Shown: positions 1 to 18,235, counted from the stretch's first letter. The stretch is DNA of 64,000 nucleotides from the human T2T-CHM13v2.0 reference genome, Homo sapiens (GCF_009914755.1 NC_060941.1); one strand, 5' to 3'. Notes: generated by a model not told the origin, from the letters alone. Translations and numbers: made by a program.

Positions 1-211
1 TTACAAATAGCAAATATTGTTTTATACTCAATTATAAGCACAGGGAAATATGTAAAATCTGGTTTCCAGTCCCGCCATACTGTCTGAACTAATCTAATAG
101 TAACACTAAATATCAAAAGTGGCCTCATTCAATGTAATTCAATGTTCTTGTCCAGTAAAACCATAATGAATACATTGAGCTCCACTAATATTTAGAAACC
201 TTCTGCCCCCC

Positions 212-511
212 TTTTTTTTTTTTTTTTTTTTTTTGAGACAGGGTATTGCTCTGTCGCCCAGGCTGGAGTGCAGTGGCACAATCAGGGCTCACTGCAGCCT
301 TGAACTCCTGGACTCAGGTGATCCTCCCACCTCAGCCTCTGGGTAGCTGGGAATATAGGTGCAAACCACCACCCCTGGCTAATTTTTTTCTTTTTTGTAG
401 AAATGGGGTTTTGTCAAGTTGCCCAGGCTGGTCTCGAACTCCTGGACTCAAGCGATCCACCCCGGTCGCCTAAAGAGCTGGGATTACAGGCATAAGCCGC
501 TGCACCTGGCC
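212..511 (-). mobile_element. Alu (AluJ-like)
   Basis: Poly-T followed by the two-arm Alu consensus on the reverse strand. Confidence 0.9.
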
Positions 512-3500
512 CCTCTGTCTTAATATAAATTAAATCTGTCAATTCAAATAAAGAGGTGATAATCATTTTAGGGAAAGATCCATTTTAATTTCTACATGGT
601 AATGAAGCAGAAATGAAAATGCTGAAGCTTTGAAACAGGCAAAGGTCTGCTCCTATCACAGGAACAGCGCTCCTTTTTACCATGATCCCAATAGTGCATC
701 CTGAAAGAAGGAGGAAAAAAGGACTGAAGATTTTTTTTTCCCAGTGGAACTAGTTGTGGGGCCAAGTAGAAACGCATCACTCAAATGCCTTAAAGCTGGG
801 CCTCCATGAAGATAAAAAGGTGGAAAGAAAATTTGCTTTTTAGCTCTGATTTATTCATAAAGTGCAGTAAATTTTCCTCATCTGAGTATATAAAGGATAA
901 AGAAAAAAGAAGCTGCATTGTTAAACAACCACAAGCCAGCTCGGATTAAAGGATGTTCTGAAGTACATGATTATTCCAAAAAGGGCAATAAAATGTAGGG
1001 AACTAATGGATGACAGTTTAGTATTTTTGAGCTTTACAAGCTAACATGTATATGTACGGGTCAACCTTAATTTGAAAATCTTCCTTTTGCACATTTCTGT
1101 TCCAGTACATTTGATAAAGATGGCTGCAATCCAACATGTATGTATAAGGCTTCACATTACAGTATACTTCATTTGCTGCCAGCTTGGCATCTCCCCTGGA
1201 AACTCCAAGAAAAACAACACAAAACAAGAAACTTCAAACAAGTCTGAAAAACAGCTAGAAGAGTCCCCATGCCCTTTCCAGCTGGGCTGGAAAACAAGAC
1301 TCACAAGCGGCAATATCACCTATATTCATGGCTGCTGGTTGTTACTTAAACTGATTAAATTGAATGACTCAAAAATATTTAAAATAACACCTTTCATAAG
1401 CATGACAGATGAATAAACTGCTTTGGCCTCTTCTTCACTTGACTTCTAAAACTAGTAGTCTCTGCTAAATTCTAGTTTAAAAATGGTAAACCCTGTAGAC
1501 AGGTAAACATTTGATACTTCAACAGTCAGAAAGAAATGCCCAGTAAAATGAAAATTAGTATTGGTCTTAATATTGAATATATGGTAATACTTCCCAAATT
1601 GATCTACAGATTCAACATAATCAATGCATGCAGGGCCACAAGCCAAGGAACTGGGGCAGTGTCTAGAAGATGGAAAAGGCAAGGAATGGATTATTCTCAT
1701 AAGCTCAATGAAACTATGATGATCCAAAACACTAAATCAGAAATTATTATCTTGCTACTAAGGGAAAAGCTTGAAACAGGTACGATAATAGCATAAAGAA
1801 GTTCTACAGAACTCTATTCTGACAAAGACCTTTTATTGTCAACAATGTAGGCTTACCCAGAGAGCTTGCCCACAGGGTCAAACACCAGTCTTAAAAAACC
1901 ATGCCTGTTGGTTGAAGCATGTTAGTTATAAATAGAAATGAGGAATCTTCTTAAACAATTCAAAAACCTCTTAAGAAGATATGGATGTCAGCTAGGACGT
2001 CTATAAATCTATGACGCCAACTGGATTTGAATCGTAATTCAAAAGAACTAGTTCTGGCATCAACTTTGTAGCCTTTATTCTCAGTAAGTTAGTTTTGTTC
2101 TGGGAGCAGAAACAAGGGTGCTGGCAGCAAATTCTAAGATCTGCTCATTCAAATACTATAGAAAACATAAAAGAAGTGTAAAACATGGTTCCTATCTTGC
2201 AAAAACTATAATCTGACTAAGGGAAAAGATGAAAATATAAGGAGAAAAATAAAATGATGCAATATCGTACACATTAAATCTTGTGACAAATTTTAAGTGC
2301 TAAAAGAATACAAAGAACGTAACAATGAAGTAAGAGGCTATATAAGAAACAATTCTCAGAGGATCAAATTTATGTGTAAGATAGGAAATAAAGGTATATA
2401 AGTAAAATTAATGAAAGTTTTAAACAGTTTAAAGTTTATGTAATAATTTTATGCTAAACTAATTTCTGCCTGTAATATGGGTCCATAAATAAAACAAATT
2501 CTAGCTCAGCAAATACAAAAGCAAGTAATACTTCTATGGTAAACTAACAAAATACTGAGAAAATTATCCTTAAAGCAGTCATGGTTTATGGTGAAGAAAA
2601 ATTCCTTTAAAATCTTTAAATTCTTTAAACTTCAAAATAAATCCCACATATGATGCTATTTTCGTTTATGTCCCTATATTTAACAAATGATTAAAACTTC
2701 CATTTATAAATTGTACACCATATATGCAGAGTTTACATACAAACTCACTAATGTATTTCATTACAGATGTAGTATTATATCAGTATATAATAAGGAAATT
2801 ACGTTATTCTTGTAAAATGACAAAACCTAAATATTCTGGAATAGGTGAGGACCACTTCTTGTTATTAGGAGAGGAAGAAAGACAGTATGAAGTCACTCAA
2901 GCAGAATGATAAGTAAACCAAAGCCAGATCAAAGGAATAAAGAAAAAAGGCTGAAATGTGAATCTGAAATATTTATTTCCTTCAAAAACATTACCCATGC
3001 CTTGTCCCAGGGCAGTTCAATATTTCAAAGTAACTGGAAAATATTCTCACTTACATTCATCACTATGCACAAATAGATCAAATTTCAAGCAGGCAAATTT
3101 TCTATTTATCAAATATAAATGTAATATTTATCATGTGACAGAAGCTTTTCTGCTCATTATAGATGATTTCTAAGTGATATGAAATGAAAAGTCGCAATAG
3201 ATATGTCCCACTACTTTTAGAGAATTATATTGCTACAAAATATAACATTTATAGTGTTGCCATAATTTTTAAATCTTTGGAAATGATGAAGCAGAGTGAA
3301 CATTTGAATGTCTACCCTGCTCATCACAGTTAGGGCAGTTCACATATTATTTGACGTTATTTCTATTAGAAAAGTTACTACATTTTTTAGATGAAAACAC
3401 TGAAACTTAGAATAGTTAAGTGATTTGCTCAAGTTCACATAAAAGTGCCAGAACAAGCGATGAAAACAACCCATCTGACTGGAAGTCCAAAATAGTTTCG

Positions 3501-3726
3501 CTACATGTAACATTATTTCTTTAAATCTGTACATACATTTTTTATTAACTTACATTTCATATTAATTAGCTGAATTTATAATAAGTACTTACCGTAATTT
3601 ATCCTTACATAGCAATATTTGTATATCAAATATCTAGAGTATTTGAAAGCTAAAATGTTCATTAGCATTTACTTAACATCTATCACATGCCAAGATCTGT
3701 GCTCAGTATTAGAACTGCAAAAATGA

Positions 3727-3984
<258 letters not shown>

Positions 3985-4050
3985 CTAGGAAAACATTGTA
4001 AAGGACTTCTCATTTTGGTAAGATCATTATGAAAAATATTTAAGATTAAC

Positions 4051-6561
4051 GTATTACATGTACATTGCATAATGCATAACACATGCATATCACATACAAG
4101 CATATTACATGTACATTACATGCATACACATCACACATGTATCACATGCATGTGTAATGCATGCATATTACACACAGGTATACTGTATTTGCATTACTTG
4201 CATGTATATTGCATGTATGTTATTTAAATGAATATTGTGTGCATGTATATTACACACAAGTATACACATATATTGCATGCACGAATATTACATGTGTGCC
4301 GCATGCACTGCACGCATATTGCAAGCATATATGACATGTATAACACTGCATATTGCATGCATGTGTATTGTATGCATATTACACGCATACAGGAATATCA
4401 CATAAATGTATATTGCATGCATACAGTACACGAATGCTTACTACATGTAAATCACACAGATGCATATTACATGCATGTGCATCACATGTATATTACCTGC
4501 ATACATATTACAAGCATATCTATATATTGCATGCATGCAAATTACATGTACATTATGTGTAAATTACATGCATGCTTAACACATGCATATTACATGCATA
4601 TCACATGCGCTACAGGCATGCATATCACAGGTATATTAAATGTATGTATAACATGCATATCACACGCATGTTACACACATATCACATGTGTATTGCGAAC
4701 ATGCAAGCCACATGCATATTGCATGCATGCCACATCACATGTGTATTGCAAACATGCATGCCACCTGCATATTACATGTATGCATAGCACATGCATATCG
4801 CATGTATATTGCATTTATGTATTTTGCATGTGTATAGCAAACATGCATATAACATTTGTATTACATGCATATATGCTGCATGCATATGTCATGCATGCAT
4901 ATATATTACATGCATGTTGCACACATATTACATGCATGTATGTAGCATGGATGTCATACTGCATGTGTATCTCATATATGTAAAACATATTGCATGCATA
5001 TTACATGCATGTGCACTACGTGTCTATATTACATGCACACATCATGCATGTATATTACATGCACACATCATGCATGTATATTACATGCATGCACGCTACA
5101 TGTATATTATATGCATGCATATTAAATACATGTATAACACGTGCATATTACATGAAAGTTACCTACATCTTACATGCAAATTGCGTGCATTTTATATATT
5201 ACCTGTATATTGCAGGCATATGGAATGGACGCATATTACATGCATGCACGCATGTATATTACATACATGCATATTACACGCATATCACACACATGCATAT
5301 TACATGCATACACACGACATGTACCTTTATCACGTGCATGTGTTAATACATGCACATTACAGGTATGTTACATGTATATTACATGTTGCATGCATAAAAT
5401 GTATATTGCACATGTGTATGGCGCATGTATATTGCATGCATGGCACATTTCTATCGTATGCATGTGGCATATTACATGCATGTATAACAAATGTATATCA
5501 CGTACATGTACATTTGCATCACATATATCACGTGCATGTATCATACATACATATCACATGAATATCGCATACATGTAACATGTGTGCACATCATACATGT
5601 CGCATGCACGTTGCGTGTATTTTACATTCGTGCCACATGTATAATGCATGCATATTGCATGCATGCACATTACATGCATATCTCATGTATATCTGCATGC
5701 TGCATCGCATTACATGCATATCACATCTGTGTGCATTGCATGTATGTTGCATGTATGCAGTTCTTGCACCCATATTATATTACATACCTATTACATGTTG
5801 GCCAGGCTGATTTAAAAAAACTTTGTAAAGGGCTTCTCATTTTGGAAGATAATTATTGGAAATTTTTAAGAGGCTTGTATTACATGTCTATTACATACAT
5901 GCATGTCACATGTCTTACATGTATATTACATGGTACATTGCATGTTCCTTGTGTGTATGAGATTTATATTGCATGTGCACATGATACATGTACATTACAT
6001 GTACAGCACATGCATATCACATTGCACATATGTATATCACATGTATATTACATACGTGCATAACATGCACATCACATGCGTACTGCACACATGTACAGCA
6101 CATGCACATAACAAATATGCATGTTACATGTGTTTTACAAGTCTTAAAAATATATTACATGTATATGTATTTCAGGAACACATGTATATCGCATGTATGT
6201 ACATTGCATGTATATAGCATGTATATTGCACCCATGCAGCACATATATTGGATGCATGTGATGTATGCATGCTGCATGCATGTTACATGGATGCCGCATG
6301 CGTGCATATCACACACATGTATCATGCATGTATATGACATGCATGTCATACATATCACACATGCACATTACATGTGTATCACCTAAATGTATGTTGCATG
6401 TATGTTACATGTGCGTTGTATGTATATGGCATGTATATTACATGCATGCATATTATATGTATATCCCATGCATATTGCATTATATTGCATGCATGCCACA
6501 TGCATGTGTTACATGCATATTACATGCGTGTGTATTACATGCATATTACATGCATGCATAA
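4051..6561. repeat. Degenerate alternating purine-pyrimidine minisatellite, core ~ATATTACATGCATG
   Basis: About 2.5 kb built from CA/TG/TA/CG steps with a TT or TC phase break roughly every 9-15 nt. Interrupted by a non-repeat block at ~5797-5877. Confidence 0.95.
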
Positions 6562-6569
6562 ATATATTT

Positions 6570-8760
<2,191 letters not shown>

Positions 8761-8910
8761 AATGGCCCTTAAATGTAATAAAATGTTTAATCTCACTTAC
8801 AAGAGTACTGCAAATTAAAACCGTGTCATTATTTCTCACCTACCAGATTTACAAAAATGTTTAAATTGTAACAACATTCTACTTGGGAGTCTAAAAGGCT
8901 TCGCTGTTTT

Positions 8911-9212
8911 CTTTCTTCTTTTTTTTTTTAAGACAGGGTCTCACTTTGTCACCCAAGCTGGAGTGCAGTGGTGAGATCACAACTCACTGCAGCCTCAGCC
9001 TCCCCAGCTCAAGCAATCCTCCCACTTCAACCCCCCAAGTGGCTGGGACTACAGGCACACACCACCACGCCAGTTAATTTTTTTGCATTTTTTGTAGAGA
9101 CAGGGTTTTGCCATTTGTCCAAGCTGGTCTCAAAATCCTGAGCTCAAGCAATCTGCCCGCCTTGGCCTCCCAAAGTGCTGGGATTACAGGTGTGAGCGAC
9201 TGTGCCCAGCCC
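8911..9212 (-). mobile_element. Alu (AluJ-like)
   Basis: Full Alu, flanked by aaaaggc on both sides. Confidence 0.9.
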
Positions 9213-9229
9213 AAAAGGCATCCTCCTTA

Positions 9230-10375
9230 TTTGCAGCCAAGAGAAACTTAAGTCAGTGTAACCTTTATGGAGGAAAATTTGCCACTACATAACAATACTA
9301 TATACATGTCATTTTGACCCAGTATTCCCACTCCTAAAAAGTTACCCTGAATCTATATCCCAAACAATACAAAAATTCATATCCATTAGGTTATTCATGA
9401 CAGCATCACATGCAACTGCAAATATTGGGAACAACCTGTATACCCATATGTAGAACAGTGGTTGCATAAACACACTGGCATACTACACTGATGTAAAAAG
9501 AACGAGTGACTTCCAGGTTATAATAAATGAAAAAAGCAATGTGTACAAAAGTATCCATGCCTTTCGTGTAAGGAGGAAGAGAAAACAATGAGATATGCAT
9601 GTATCTGCTTATTTGTGCAGGAACAAACACAGAAATGATCAACTAGAGACTAGTAAGATCATATATCCACAGAAGTGGCTTGGAATGGCAAAGACAACAC
9701 AGAAGGAATGAAGGTAGGGTGACACCTCTCTGAATATACCTAATAGTCCAGGTCTGGCGTTTGGAATCATATTAATGTTTTATTTACTAAAAAAAAAATG
9801 AAATAAGGACAGGAGAGGGAAATTCTGAAATGAACTACAAACAGAAACAAATAAACATACTTGTATTTCAAATGATTAATAATCACACTGAAGGGGGAAT
9901 AAATAACCAAATCAACTTTAGAATACAATCTTCGGATCATGTGCTCTTGGGCTGAAGACGAAAAGAACACAAAAGAACTCTTAGACTCTAGTTACAGGTT
10001 TCTTTCTTCACAGAGATATGGTCTATCAATTGAAAAACTGTTTCCTGCTATTCTAGGTTTGAGCAAATAAGTAAATATATAATGGAAGTCAGGTTTCTCA
10101 CAGTCAGAGGGTAATAAAACATATAAGAAGAATAAAATAAACTGTTGAATTTGACTAGAAATGGAATTAGTGTGAGTTCACACTTTCTATATATTTAGAG
10201 AGATATAGAAATATAGATGTATAAGTATGGGATATGTGTATGATATAAAAACACACATATGTAAATATATAAACAACATACACAAATATATACACACACA
10301 GGGATGTATATGTATGTGTCTATATATTCATTTGTTTCCTAATTCCACCTGCTGAAAGGGGCTAAAAGCAATTTC
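9230..10375 (+). mobile_element. Old L1 3' region (L1MC-like)
   Basis: Motifs gacccagtattcccactcct, gtcaggtttctcac and ctgctgaaaggggctaaaagcaat, plus a TA-rich stretch. Confidence 0.55.
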
Positions 10376-11552
10376 TTTGGAAAGGACAAAAACATACTTT
10401 TAGATAATTTCTCAGTGTCAAATAAGAAATCATACTGAAAATCATGAACTATACTGGAACTGAACCACAAAAAATACACTACATATAAAAATGTGTGTGA
10501 TACAACTTAGCATTTCTTAAAACAATTTAAAACTTTAAATGCATAAGATAGAATAGGAAAAGCAACTGAAAGCCTTTTTTGGAATATTCTGTTTTACTTA
10601 AGGTACACTCAGGAGGAGTCCTAATTTGGGACTAAACATAGCCTTGAAATGACATGGCAAAAGCATAACATGTGGAAAAGAAAGGTGATTATCTCCAGGG
10701 AAGGAGAGAGAAAAAACCCATACCTATCGTAATTTTTTCTTTAAACAAAAAGAATCTGAAATGAATATCCCAAGAAGTTACCATTTGTTAAATGCGTACA
10801 CGTGTGCTGGATGTGTTACGCAATCCTCCCGACTTCCCTAATTTGACCTATAAAGTAAGCTCTTCAGCGCTTTCAACGAGAACTGCTGCCCTTTCTTCAC
10901 ACACACTAATCACCATGGACTCGGACAAGCAAGTGTGAACACAGTGTTCAGCCCCCTGCCTCTCTCCCCAGGGAGGGCCTATTGTCAGAATGTCCCCCTC
11001 CCCTGCCTTTACAGGCTCTAGTGGGCGGCTCTAGCTGTGACCTGGTGAGCACATTTAATCTAATGAGAAAGGATTCCCAACCTTCACCTGGCCACACACC
11101 CAAACCACAACTTCATCTATAGGATTCTTCTATCTTCCTGAATGTGTTCTAAATTTGAGAGGGGAAGAGCATGTTATTTATTGGCCTTGACTGTCTCCCA
11201 AATCAAAAACGTTACCCTTTTTTTTAGGTTCTACACAAATTTACAATAACTAGTTTATAGTTGTTTATAGTAGTTTATAACTACAGAAAAAACCTGAAAT
11301 GTATTGTTCCTAATAAAGCAGCAATGTCATTAATTTTATTTTCATGAATAATCTTCCTTAAAATTTCTAAGGACCCTATAGAAGTATGCCATCTGCATAC
11401 TAATTCAGACTTTGTTAGTAAGAATTTGTGATAATTTTGACAGGGGTGAGATATTAAAGTTCACCTGTATTTGTTCTTAAAAAGATCTTTTTAAAAAAAT
11501 ACATATTGTAATAACATTATATAGGCCATATTTAATCTATTTTTTAAAGTAA

Positions 11553-11872
<320 letters not shown>

Positions 11873-12413
11873 CTTTTTAAACAAATGTTTAAAATGCCTT
11901 TTAACTCATGGTAACCAAATAAAAACAGCTGTATATTATAAAGACATGAGATCTCAGTGAAGGTGTCTCTTGAGATGGAACTGGAATAAACGAGACTCTG
12001 CTATGCATGGCTGCGTTTCTTACAGCATCTGTGCTTCTCTTTGTGCATCTGCCCCGCTTTCCTCTTGGCATCAACACAACTACTCGACACTTTAGCTTGC
12101 GTATGGCCCGTAGTGGCTGCCTAGTCAACCTTCCTCATAGAAACGTTCCAGGTTTTCAGCTTCTGCATTGAGTCAGTCTCGCGGTTTTCCAGTTCCGAAT
12201 TCCCAAGCTTCAGGGAAGAAGAGCAATGCAGTATAGCACAGTGGTTAAGAATAGAGGCTTTAAAGTCAAACACACACAATTTCAAATCCTGGCACCTCCA
12301 CCAGCTGTGTGACTTAAGCTCTTTGTACCTCAGAACAAAATGATTCGGCTGCCTTTGGATCAGGTGTCCACTCTAGACCCAATGAATGTGGCAGAGAAGG
12401 GAAGATGGTCCTA

Positions 12414-13105
<692 letters not shown>

Positions 13106-14069
13106 AATAAGTAATGACATATCTAGTATATGTTGCCATCTTTGAATGATTTGGATCCAATCATTTAAAAAGCACAAAAGGAAAATACTTTGGTGACATA
13201 AAGGTAAACATTGGCATTCTATCAGGAAAAGAGCAATGAAGTAGGACTCGGTGTGCCCCGGGGCAAGGCCCAGCTCGGTCACGTGCCAACTTTGCAATAT
13301 TGGTCAAATTGCTTGAACAATCGGTGAAATCTCTATGAACCTCAGTTTCTTCCTTTCAAAATGCAGATAATAACAAACAGCCACATAGGATTCTTTGGAG
13401 GATAAATATATTAAAACCATTTTGTTAACTTGAAAACACTCAAGGAAGTATTATTGTCCTTTATTAGCATATTTTACTCCCCATAAGGGTTACATTTATT
13501 TCACACTTCATTGCTAATGCAAATTTTGACTGCAGTAAAACTCAAAAAGCTAAATATATAAACTGCTAAAAAATGGGTTTTTCAAACTCAATTCCTAAGG
13601 AAAGCATCCAAGAAATGTAAAAATATGTTCCAAATTAAACCTGTTGTGTGAAAATGTGTCAAAAATGTCTCTGTCAGTAGAGGCCTCTTGACCATCATAT
13701 TCTACTGACACTCATTTAAAGCAGTATGTTTTTGTGAGAAGTGCTGAGTTCTCTAAAGACATATCTACAAAGAAATACTTCACAGAATGAAAATTTCCCT
13801 CTCAACTGGAAGCAAGGTAACCACACATTGCTCTCTTCTCTTCGAGCTTTACATTGTGCTTCTTGGAGGGTTAAGCCAGCATGTTCACTGGAGCAAAGGA
13901 ATGTTTACAATAAACTGGAAACCTTGCCTGCTCTGGATCTAAAATGGTTGCAGATGCTCAAGCAGAGAGGAGAAAAGAGAACAGCTGCTCCCCACCCCCA
14001 CCATTGATACTTAAGAGAGCTATTTTTAAGAAGAAAATTATATTCAGAGGTTTTAGGCATTTTGTTTAT

Positions 14070-14382
14070 TTTTAATTTTATTTATTTATTTATTTTTTGC
14101 TTTTTGAGACAAGGTCTCACTCTGTCACCCTGGGTGGAGTGCAGTGGCAATCAGTTCACTATAACCTCAAACTCCTGCAATCCTCCCACCTCAGCCTCCC
14201 AAGAAGCTGGGACTACAGGTCCACACCTCTACGCGGGTCTATTTTTATTAAAAAAATTTTTGGTAAAGATAGAGTCTCACTATGTTGCCCAGGCGTGTCT
14301 TGAACTCCTGGCCTCAAGCAATCCTCCCATCTCAGCTTCCCAAAGCTCTGAGATGACAGGTGTGAGGCCACTGTGTCTGGCC
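14070..14382 (-). mobile_element. Alu (AluJ-like, diverged)
   Basis: Alu consensus with small deletions. Confidence 0.85.
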
Positions 14383-15616
14383 TTAGGCTCTTTCTAAATG
14401 GTAGGGATAACTTTTCTCAGTATCACACAAATTATTATATCAATACAAAACTGAATACCTTAAATGTGCCTACCAGAAAAGAATGTAAATTCTTGTTATT
14501 GCCTTCTAGTAATTTAGCTATTATTTTCAACTTAAAACATAACGATTCCAGTTACAAGAAAAGCAAACTATTATATTCCCAGTAAATTTAGAAAATTATT
14601 AAAATGAAACATCTTTAATATATAATAAACATATAGTCACATCATAGCCACAACCTGCAAAATGAATGAGTACCCAATATGGGTAAGATAAACCTTGCAT
14701 GATGAATTGGAACATTCTCTGGTAAAAAATAGTTTGAAACTATTAATAATAGTTTCAAATGCTATCACCATTCTAAACTACACGATTTCGTCATAATAAA
14801 GCAAGCTAAGGAACAATTAACTTACCAAGTAAAGAACTTAAAATGTTTCTAATTATAATCACATAACACCCCATTAAAAAAGAAAAAGCCAAATCAAAGA
14901 ATCAGACATCAAAAGGCCATTAGGTCTCTCGATACAGACCATTTCCAGACCTAGTTTACTCCACATAAAACTCCATTGGGGCGTTTTCATTTTTCACTAA
15001 GAATAGAGATATATGGTTCAAATTACTGTTTCTTCAAAGTCCCTCGACATTTGTGTATTCTACAACTAAAATGAATAAATTTTATATCAAGTAATAAAAA
15101 ACTTGAGGATTCAGGCTTTAACAGTAACCAGTTTTAAAAGACCATTGTTAAAATTCATGACATCAAACTTCAGGGACTATGATTTAGGAAGGAATAAAGG
15201 AAATTCAATGAGGAAATAAACACAAGTTTTTGAAGGATAGAAATGTTTGACATTTATTTATCTATTGTTTATTATAATCTGACAAAATCTTTCTTCCAGA
15301 AAATTAGGTCTGTTTGCTGTACCTCTAACCTCATGCTTGGACATTAATATGGCATCAGACTCATGCCCTTGGAACATGTTATTCCTTCTGGTTGGAAAAT
15401 TCTCTCTCCTCCACCAGTTTATTTTCTGTCCCTTCCTTCAAAACTTAGCTTATTGGCAAGAAATATTCAGGGAAGTAAGCTTTTCTCCAATGTCACTTTG
15501 ATCATATACTCTGTTACCAATTCTTCAACCATTGACCATTTGGGGGAATTTAAGGTCTCCCTCAAAATGTACCACCAGGCTCTGCGCTTTCTGTTCCAGC
15601 TGGCTCATCTTCTCAG

Positions 15617-15964
<348 letters not shown>

Positions 15965-16354
15965 TAGGTTTCTTCACATACACCCTTGCACTCTCCATCT
16001 CTACATATTAGTTCATGATCTTCTAACTTCCTGGGTAATTTTACTATATGGAAGAATAAATCTATAGGGTATACAAGCCACTGTGTTCAGGATATAACTT
16101 GGGAACACCATTAGGAAGAGATCTACTATTAAAATTAGTACCAGATTAACAGTTAACTTATGGAAATTTATTACTTATGAAACTTATTTTCTGAGTCTCT
16201 ATGAAGAAACCAGCATATTCGATAGCTAATAGCCAACATATCTATGAGAAGTCACCAACATGGAAGATGTTTTTCCTATATTTCAGAGCACTATTTAATT
16301 TTGCTTTCTTCCTTTAAAATTTAACACACAGGCTTAAGTCCAAAGTGAACCTAA

Positions 16355-16711
<357 letters not shown>

Positions 16712-16884
16712 TGATTGGCACTATTTTTTGGATTTGCAAATATATAAAAAAATTTAAAATAAATACATAAATGAGCTGCTACAGGAAAAGATGGCAATAC
16801 TGACATAGTAAAAATGGCCAGCAAGTATAACAACCTAACGATTTATTGTAACTTTCTGGGTATAAGATAATGGTGTTTTTATTT

Positions 16885-17070
16885 ACTATATATTTTTAAA
16901 TATTTTTCTTTTTAATTTTTGTAGGTACATAATAGGTATATATATTTATGGAGTATATGGAATATTTTAATACAGGCCTAATATGTGTAATAATCACATC
17001 AGAGGAAATGGGGTATCCATCACCTCAAGCATTTATCCTTTGTGTTACAAACAACCCAATTATATGCTAT
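16885..17070 (-). mobile_element. L1MA-like 3' end fragment
   Basis: gtaataatcacatc...ggggtatccatcacctcaagcatttatcctttgtgttacaaacaa matches an L1MA 3'UTR. Confidence 0.75.
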
Positions 17071-17529
17071 TTTTTATGATAATAACTATACATGGATGGA
17101 TATGGAAGGTAAAAATTCGTCAGAGTGCTTTTGGTACTGATTAGCAGAGAAAAATGTGCTTTATGATAGCTGGCATAAGACATACAGGCAAAATATCCCC
17201 GAAGTAGAGAAGGGCAACTTGCCCAACTTAACTGCTTATCCTAACTAGATAGAAACACCATTTAAGAACACACAATTCTCTTAGTTATAATTCTATGATT
17301 ATCAGACAACATTTCAACTGATGGTTTGAATTCTTGAACAGACTAGCCCACTAGAAAAACATATTTTTATCAAGTGCCTGGAAACCCTTTAAATAATTTT
17401 CAATGGCTTTTCTCCTTTTGTGGGCGATAGCTGCAGTTCCAATTAGGGTAAAAGGGAAATGTGTGTGCCAACTGCCAGAGTATTATTTTGGAGACCAATA
17501 CTGAAAGCCAAGTATACAAACAGTAAGCT

Positions 17530-18085
17530 GTCCCAGCAATTCCACTCCTGGGTATATACACAAATAATTGAAAATAGGTACTCAAGCGAGTAATTATACA
17601 TAAATATTCATAGCAGCACTATTCACAATAGCCAAAAGGTAGCAACAACCCAAATGGCCATCAATAGTTGAGTAGGTAAACTAACTATGGTATATACACA
17701 CAATGGAATATAATTCAGCCATCAAAAGGAATGAAGTGACAATATTTGCTGCACTGTAGATGAACCTAGAAAACATTACACTAAGTGAAAGTAGCTCCGG
17801 ACACAAAAGGTCACATATTGTATGATTCCATTTCTATGACATATCCAGGAAAGATAAATCCCTAGAGACAGAAAGCAGAATGGTGGTTAGGAGGATCTGA
17901 CAGAAGGCGGGGAATGGGAATCCACTGCCTAATAAGTATAGGATTTTATTTGTGATGATGAAAGTGATCTGGAACTAAATAGAGGTAGTCATTGCACAAC
18001 AACGTGAATGTACTAAATGTCACTGAATTGCTTACTCTAAAATGTCAATTTTATGTTATGTAAATTTTACCTCAATTTAAAAATA
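17530..18085 (+). mobile_element. L1MB-like 3' end
   Basis: Runs from cccagcaattccactcctgggtatata to gtgaatgtactaaatgtcactgaattg, then an A-rich tail. Confidence 0.85.
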
Positions 18086-18235
18086 AATGACTGTAGCTGT
18101 AACTGTGGAGCAGGAGTCCAAATTCAAATGCCTACAGGGGCCAACTAACAAAAATGAGGACAGTGAACCAAAGACCGCATGCCCGCCATGTAATTATATT
18201 CCTTTAATGTTGTTTAATTTTTGCCTTTTAGTCTT

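Noticed and set aside
1072-1796. ORFs of 86-114 aa in non-Alu sequence
   Set aside because: No recognisable homology or exon structure. The 1536-1796 ORF contains an L1 ORF2 remnant (ILPKLIYRFN).
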